Shown: positions 58,401 to 64,000 of the stretch, one piece after another
Position numbering within the stretch: position 1 is the stretch's first letter
How the letters are laid out: the number at the start of each line of letters is the position of its first letter
NCBI RefSeq assembly: GCF_046119375.1
Contig: NW_027362765.1
Location: 391,158,001-391,222,000 of the forward strand
Reading direction: 5' to 3'
Origin: Phyllobates terribilis
Taxonomy: Eukaryota
DNA: 64,000 nt
Translations under genes and position numbers: made by a program
The notes under the pieces: model-generated
Told to the model about the DNA's origin: nothing
Database searches by the model: none
The model's input: only the letters and a program-made list of their open reading frames with translations

Positions 58401-61282
58401 TGGGGAGAAGAAGGAGCAAGAGGAACTTCAACATGGAGACAAGAAGGAGTGACAGCCAGGGACTTCAACATGGAGACAAGAAAGAGTAAAAAGGACTTCA
58501 ACATGGGGAGTAGAAGGCGCAAGAGGAATTTCAACATGGAGACAAGAAGGAGTGACAGCCAGGGACTTCAACATGGAGACAAGAAGGAACGAGGGACTTC
58601 AACATGGAGACAAGAAGGAGTGACAGCCAGGGACTTCAACATGGAAACAAGAAAGAGTGAAAAGAACTTCAACATGGGGAGAAGACGGAGCAAGAGGAAC
58701 TTCAGCATGGAGACAAGAAGGAGTGACAGCCAGGGACTTCAACATGGAGACAAGAAAGAGTGAAAAGGACTTCAACATGGGGAGAAGAAGGAGCAAGAAG
58801 AACTTCAACATGGAGACAAGAAGGAGCGACAGCCAGGGACTTCAACATGGAGACAAGAAGGAACGAGGGACTTCAACATGGAGACAAGAAGGAACGAGGG
58901 ACTTCCAGGACAGCCAGGGACTTCAACATGGAGAAAAGAAGGAGCGATAGGGACATCAACATGGATACAAGAAGGATTGACAGTGACTTCAACATGGAAA
59001 CAAGGAGTGACAGGGACTTCATCATGGAGACAAGAAGGAGTGAAAAGGACTTCAACATGGGGAGAAGAAGGAGCAAGAGGAACTTCAACATGGAGACAAG
59101 AAGGAGTGACAGCCAGGGACTTCAACATGGAGACAAGAAAGAGTAAAAAGGACTTCAACATGGGGAGTAGAAGGCGCAAGAGGAATTTCAACATGGAGAC
59201 AAGAAGGAGTGACAGCCAGGGACTTCAACATGGAGACAAGAAAGAGTGAAAAGGACTTCAACATGGGGAGAAGAAGGAGCAAGAGGAACTTCAACATGGA
59301 GACAAGAAGGAGCGACAGCCAGGGACTTCAACATGGAGACAAGAAATAGTGAAGAGGACTTCAACATGGGGAGAAGAAGGAGCAAGAGGAACTTCAACAT
59401 GGAGACAAGAAGGAGCGACAGCAAGGGACTCCAACATGGAGACAAGAAAGAGTGAAAAGGACTTCAACATGGGGAGAAGAAGGAGCAAGAAGAACTTCAA
59501 CATGGAGACAAGAAGGAGCGACAGCCAGGGACTTCAATATGGATACAAGAAGGATTGACAGTGACTTCAATATGGAGACAAGAAGGATTGACAGTGACTT
59601 CAACATGGAAACAAGGAGTGATAGGGACTTCATCATAAAGACAAGAAGGAGTGAAAAGGACTTCAACATGGGGAGAAGAAGGAGCAAGAGGAACTTCAAC
59701 ATGGAGACAAGAAGTGACAGCCAGGGTCTTCAACATGGAGACAAGAAGGATTGAAAAGGACTTCAACATGGGGAGAAGTAGGAGCAAGAGGAACTTCAAC
59801 ATGGAGACAAGAAGGAGTGACAGCCACGGACTTCAACATGGAGACAAGAAGGAGCGATAGGGACATCAACATGGATACAGGAAGGATTGACAGTGACTTC
59901 AACATGGAAACAAGGAGTGACAGGGACTTCATCATGGAGACAAGAAAGAGTGAAAAGGACTTCAACATAGGGAGAAGAAGGAGCAAGAGGAACTTCAACA
60001 TGGAGACAAGAAAGAGTGAAAAGGACTTCAACATGGGGAGAAGAAGGAGCTAGAGGATCTTCAACATGTAGACAAGAAGGAGTGACAGCCAGACACTTCA
60101 ACATGGAGACAAGAAAGAGTGAAAAGGACTTCAACATGGGGAGAAGAAGGAGCAAGAGGAACTTCAACATGGAGACAAGAAGGAGTGACAGCCAGGGACT
60201 TCAACATGGAGACAAGAAAGAGTGAAAAGGACTTCAACATGGGGAGAAGAAGGAGCAAGAGGAACTTCAACATGGAGACAAGAAGGAGTGACAGCCAGGG
60301 ACTTCAACATGGAGACAAGAAAGAGTGAAAAGGACTTCAACATGGGGAGAAGAAGGAGCAAGAGGAACTTCAACATGGAGACAAGAAGGAGCGACAGCCA
60401 GGGACTTCAACATGGAGACAAGAAGGAACGAGGGACTTCAACATGGAGACAAGAAGGAGTGACAGCCAGGGACTTCAACATGGAAACAAGAAAGAGTGAA
60501 AAGAACTTCAACATGGGCAGAAGACGGAGCAAGAGGAACTTCAGCATGGAGACAAGAAGCAGTGACAGCCAGGGACTTCAACATGGAGACAAGAAAGAGT
60601 GAAAAGGACTTCAACATGGGGAGAAGAAGGAGCAAGAAGAACTTCAACATGGAGACAAGAAGGAGCGACAGCCAGGGACTTCAACATGGAGACAAGAAGG
60701 AACGAGGGACTTCAACATGGAGACAAGAAGGAACGAGGGACTTCCAGGACAGCCAGGGACTTCAACATGGAGAAAAGAAGGAGCGATAGGGACATCAACA
60801 TGGATACAAGAAGGATTGACAGTGACTTCAACATGTAAACAAGGAGTGACAGGGACTTCATCATGGAGACAAGAAGGAGTGAAAAGGACTTCAACATGGG
60901 GAGAAGAAGGAGCAAGAGGAACTTCAACATGGAGACAAGAAGGAGTGACAGCCAGGGACTTCAACATGGAGACAAGTAAGAGTAAAAAGGACTTCAACAT
61001 GGGGAGTAGAAGGCGCAAGAGGAATTTCAACATGGAGACAAGAAGGAGTGACAGCCAGGGACTTCAACATGGAGACAAGAAAGAGTGAAAAGGACTTCAA
61101 CATGGGGAGAAGAAGGAGCAAGAGGAACTTCAACATGGAGACAAGAAGGAGCGACAGCCAGGGACTTCAACATGGAGACAAGAAATAGTGAAGAGGACTT
61201 CAACATGGGGAGAAGAAGGAGCAAGAGGAACTTCAACATGGAGACAAGAAGGAGTGACAGCAAGGGACTCCAACATGGAGAC
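52463..61282. repeat. 8.8-kb purine-rich satellite: 33-37-bp monomers, 103-bp trimer and ~1.8-1.9-kb higher-order repeat
   Basis: CTTCAACATGG(A/G)GA(C/G)AAGAA core; 103-bp spacing (53914, 54017, 54120); exact 1944-bp offset of many ORFs (53325/55269, 53546/55490, 54721/56665). Confidence 0.97.
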
Positions 61283-61704
61283 TGTTATGTTCTGCTACCA
61301 AAGCTAAGGAAAGAGAGGAGATCTGTCCCTACTATAGGACTCAGCTGAATCCCTACGATGTAACAGGGAACCTGATCCTGCGATCAGACCTGCTAAAGTC
61401 CTAATCTAGTCTGTACGGAGACCTATAGATGTGGGGAGGGAATCCCTACAAGTACTAAGGACTGGGAGGAATATGGGACACCTCCTAACAGAAATAGTAG
61501 CAGACAGACGAACAAACAAAATAGATAGAACATAGAGGTCCGTAGACCAAGCAAACTAACAGAGCTAGATACAGAGCACAGGCTAGCTAGAAAGTAGATA
61601 TACAATGAAGTCCAGCAAAGCCAGAAGGGCGGAGCAGGATTAAATAGGCCAACAAGGTCATGTGACCAGCAAAGGAAAAAAAACCTAACAGCAAGGTTCT
61701 AACA
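61283..61704 (-). repeat. 3' LTR (422 bp)
   Basis: Minus strand TGTTAG...CATAACA, 3 nt after the PPT; ends exactly at the satellite junction. Confidence 0.85.
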
Positions 61705-61707
61705 GTA

Positions 61708-61718
61708 CCCCCCCTTCT
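61708..61718 (-). promoter_or_regulatory. Polypurine tract
   Basis: Minus strand AGAAGGGGGGG just upstream of the LTR. Confidence 0.8.
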
Positions 61719-64000
61719 AAGAGGATCCTCCGGATCCCCTAGGACCAGGCTTATCAGGAAATCTCCTGTGAAACGCTCTGATAAGTCTGGACGCGGAAAC
61801 ATCATCTGACCTCACCCAAGAGTTATCCTCGGGTCCGAAACCTTTCCAGGCCACAAGATACTGCAAACTACCTCTATACCGTCTAGAATCAAGGATGCGA
61901 GAAATTTCATATTCCCCGTCCTCCACCACCGGAGGAACAGAGGCAGAGGCGTCACCATCCGACACAACAGCTTTTTTTAACAGAGAGACATGAAAGACCG
62001 GATTAATTCTCCAGGAGGTAGGAACCTCCAACCTAACAGCAGATTGGTTGACAACCTGAAGCACCTTAAAGGGCCCTACAAACTTGGGACCCAATTTCTT
62101 AGAAGGAATCCTCAACCGCAGATTCCTAGAGGACAACCAAACCATGTCACCAACAGCGAACAAAACCTCCTGTCGTTTCCTATCAAAGTAGTCTTTAGAT
62201 TTTCTGTTGGCCTCCTGAAGATTACCACGCACATCCGTCCAAACTCTTTCCAAATCACCGGAAAAATTCTCCTCCTCAGGCACGGCAGATCCCAACTTGG
62301 AGAACGACCCAAACGACGGATGTCTCCCAGAACAACAAAAAAAAGGCGAACAACCAGCAGAAGAAGATGTATGATTGTTCAGAGCAAATTCGGCAAGTGG
62401 CAGAAACTCAGACCACCCCTCTTGATTGTCTGCCACAAAACAACGCAAGAACTGCTCAACATCCTGGTTTTTCCTTTCTGTCTGGCCATTAGATTCAGGA
62501 TGATATCCGGACGAAAACGACAAATGAATTCCCAACCTGTCACAAAAGGCACGCCAAAAACGAGCCACGAACTGAGGACCCCTATCAGAAACAATGTCAG
62601 TAGGAACGCCATGAAGTCTGACAATTTCCTTGACAAAGGCCTTAGCGAGAGTTTTAGCGCAGGGCAGTTTGACGAAGGGAACCAAGTGACACATCTTGCT
62701 AAAACGGTCCACGACCACCCAGATGACAGTAAAACCCTCAGAGGGGGGAAGGTCAGTTATAAAGTCCATAGCCAAATGTGTCCAAGGAGCACTGGGGACC
62801 TCCAAAGGACAAAGCAACCCCGCAGCAGGAGTATGTGAGGACTTAGATCTAGCACATATAGTACATTGGCGCACCCACTTAATGACTTCCTTCTGCCATC
62901 CAGGCCACCAAAAACTGCGACCCACCAGTCTCTTGGTCTCAGAGATTCCGGGATGACCTGCCAACCGAGATTCGTGACACTCAACAAACAAATCTCTCCT
63001 AAAGGTCCCAGGCACAAACAACCTCCCATGAGGAATGTTAGATGGGGCATTCTCCTGAGCTTTAAGAATCTCATCTTCCAAAACGGAGTCTAAAGCAGCT
63101 ATCACAACACCTTCTTGTAAAATCTTTTCCTCTTTCTCAGCACCGACTATGGGAGAAAAACTGCGAGACAAGGCATCCGCCTTAACATTCTTAGTACCAG
63201 GGATGTAAGTAACGGAGAAATTAAACCGCGAGAAAAACAGTGCCCACCTAGCCTGACGGGCATTCAGGCGCTTGGCAGCATCAAGATATATCAGATTTTT
63301 ATGATCCGTAAGAACCTGAACGGGAAATTCCGCACCTTCCAAGAAGTGGCGCCAGTGTTCAAATGCGAGTTTAATAGCCAATAATTCCCGATTACCAATA
63401 TCGTAATTCAGTTCAGTCTCCGAAAATTTTTTTGAAAAAAAGGCACAGGGATGTAATCCATCCCCGTTATCCTGAGACAATACTGCGCCAACCCCCACAG
63501 AGGAAGCATCAACCTCAACCAAAAACGGCCTAGTAACATCAGGCTGCATAAGGATGGGAGCAGAGGTGAACCTCTCCTTGAGATACACAAAAGCTTCAAT
63601 GGCCTCAGAAGACCACTGAACCGCATCAGCACCTTTCCTGGTGAGATCAGTCAGAGGTTTGACAATACTAGAAAAATTTTTTATGAATTTTCTGTAGTAA
63701 TTGGCGAAACCCAAAAACCTCTGTATCGATTTCAAACCAATAGGCCTAGGCCATTCCTGCACAGCCTGAACCTTAACCGGATCCATCTCAAAACCTTTGC
63801 TGGAGATAATGTAGCCCAAAAAACTAATTCTCTGTACAGCGAACTCACATTTCTCCAGCTTAGCAAAAAGCGAATTGTCCATTAATAACTGTAATACCTC
63901 ACGCACGCTCCGCCAATGAGACTCCAGATCCGGCGAATAAATCAAAATGTCATCCAAATACACAACCACATTTTTACCGATCAATGGTCTAAGGATGTCA
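61717..64000 (-). CDS. pol: Pol fragment: RT (YLDD)-RNase H-integrase-chromodomain, open to the window edge
   Basis: VYLDDILIYS; VDASS, TDHKNL; GHPG, MDFITDLP, SDRGPQF, NGQTER; GPF motif; chromodomain EYEISRILDSRR..YLVAWKGFGPEDNSW. No stops in 755+ codons. Confidence 0.96.
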   Translation of the reverse strand, partial: DILRPLIGKNVVVYLDDILIYSPDLESHWRSVREVLQLLMDNSLFAKLEKCEFAVQRISFLGYIISSKGFEMDPVKVQAVQEWPRPIGLKSIQRFLGFANYYRKFIKNFSSIVKPLTDLTRKGADAVQWSSEAIEAFVYLKERFTSAPILMQPDVTRPFLVEVDASSVGVGAVLSQDNGDGLHPCAFFSKKFSETELNYDIGNRELLAIKLAFEHWRHFLEGAEFPVQVLTDHKNLIYLDAAKRLNARQARWALFFSRFNFSVTYIPGTKNVKADALSRSFSPIVGAEKEEKILQEGVVIAALDSVLEDEILKAQENAPSNIPHGRLFVPGTFRRDLFVECHESRLAGHPGISETKRLVGRSFWWPGWQKEVIKWVRQCTICARSKSSHTPAAGLLCPLEVPSAPWTHLAMDFITDLPPSEGFTVIWVVVDRFSKMCHLVPFVKLPCAKTLAKAFVKEIVRLHGVPTDIVSDRGPQFVARFWRAFCDRLGIHLSFSSGYHPESNGQTERKNQDVEQFLRCFVADNQEGWSEFLPLAEFALNNHTSSSAGCSPFFCCSGRHPSFGSFSKLGSAVPEEENFSGDLERVWTDVRGNLQEANRKSKDYFDRKRQEVLFAVGDMVWLSSRNLRLRIPSKKLGPKFVGPFKVLQVVNQSAVRLEVPTSWRINPVFHVSLLKKAVVSDGDASASVPPVVEDGEYEISRILDSRRYRGSLQYLVAWKGFGPEDNSWVRSDDVSASRLIRAFHRRFPDKPGPRGSGGSS

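Larger units (their letters stand above)
61283..64000 (-). mobile_element. Chromovirus-type Gypsy LTR retrotransposon, 3' part, truncated by the window end
   Basis: LTR, PPT and pol with a chromodomain on the minus strand. Confidence 0.95.

Noticed and set aside
52331-61348. More than 100 short ORFs with METRRS/MLKSF repeats
   Set aside because: Satellite translations; the 103-bp unit is not a multiple of 3 and stops recur every cycle.
61990-62838. 282-aa plus-strand ORF
   Set aside because: Antisense shadow of the chromoviral integrase; no recognisable domain.

Overview
Eukaryotic, repeat-dominated window with no recognisable host gene. The repeat landscape (TTAA-flanked T2/Kolobok-type MITEs, Tc1 IR/DR elements, BED-hAT, Gypsy LTRs) suggests an anuran amphibian genome; this is inference. 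Main contents: (1) a full-length 7.83-kb Gypsy LTR retrotransposon (4813-12642) with near-identical 972-bp LTRs, CATG TSD, tRNA-Ser PBS, a UUUAAAC -1 frameshift between gag and pol, and two pol lesions; (2) a 13.1-kb hAT DNA transposon (13158-26253, 8-bp TSD ATAATAAT) with a BED-finger DDE transposase, a solo LTR and two internal satellites (133 bp and 297 bp), each with higher-order structure; (3) three Tc1 DD34E elements, two carrying nested solo LTRs and one with an intact 340-aa ORF; (4) an 8.8-kb hierarchical purine-rich satellite (33-37 bp > 103 bp > ~1.9 kb) cut by a chromodomain-bearing Gypsy element that runs off the window end; (5) further minisatellites, palindromic MITEs and two decayed Penelope-type hammerhead ribozyme motifs. 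Most short ORFs in the track are repeat or antisense artefacts. Coordinates and identities were read by eye; no alignments or searches were run.
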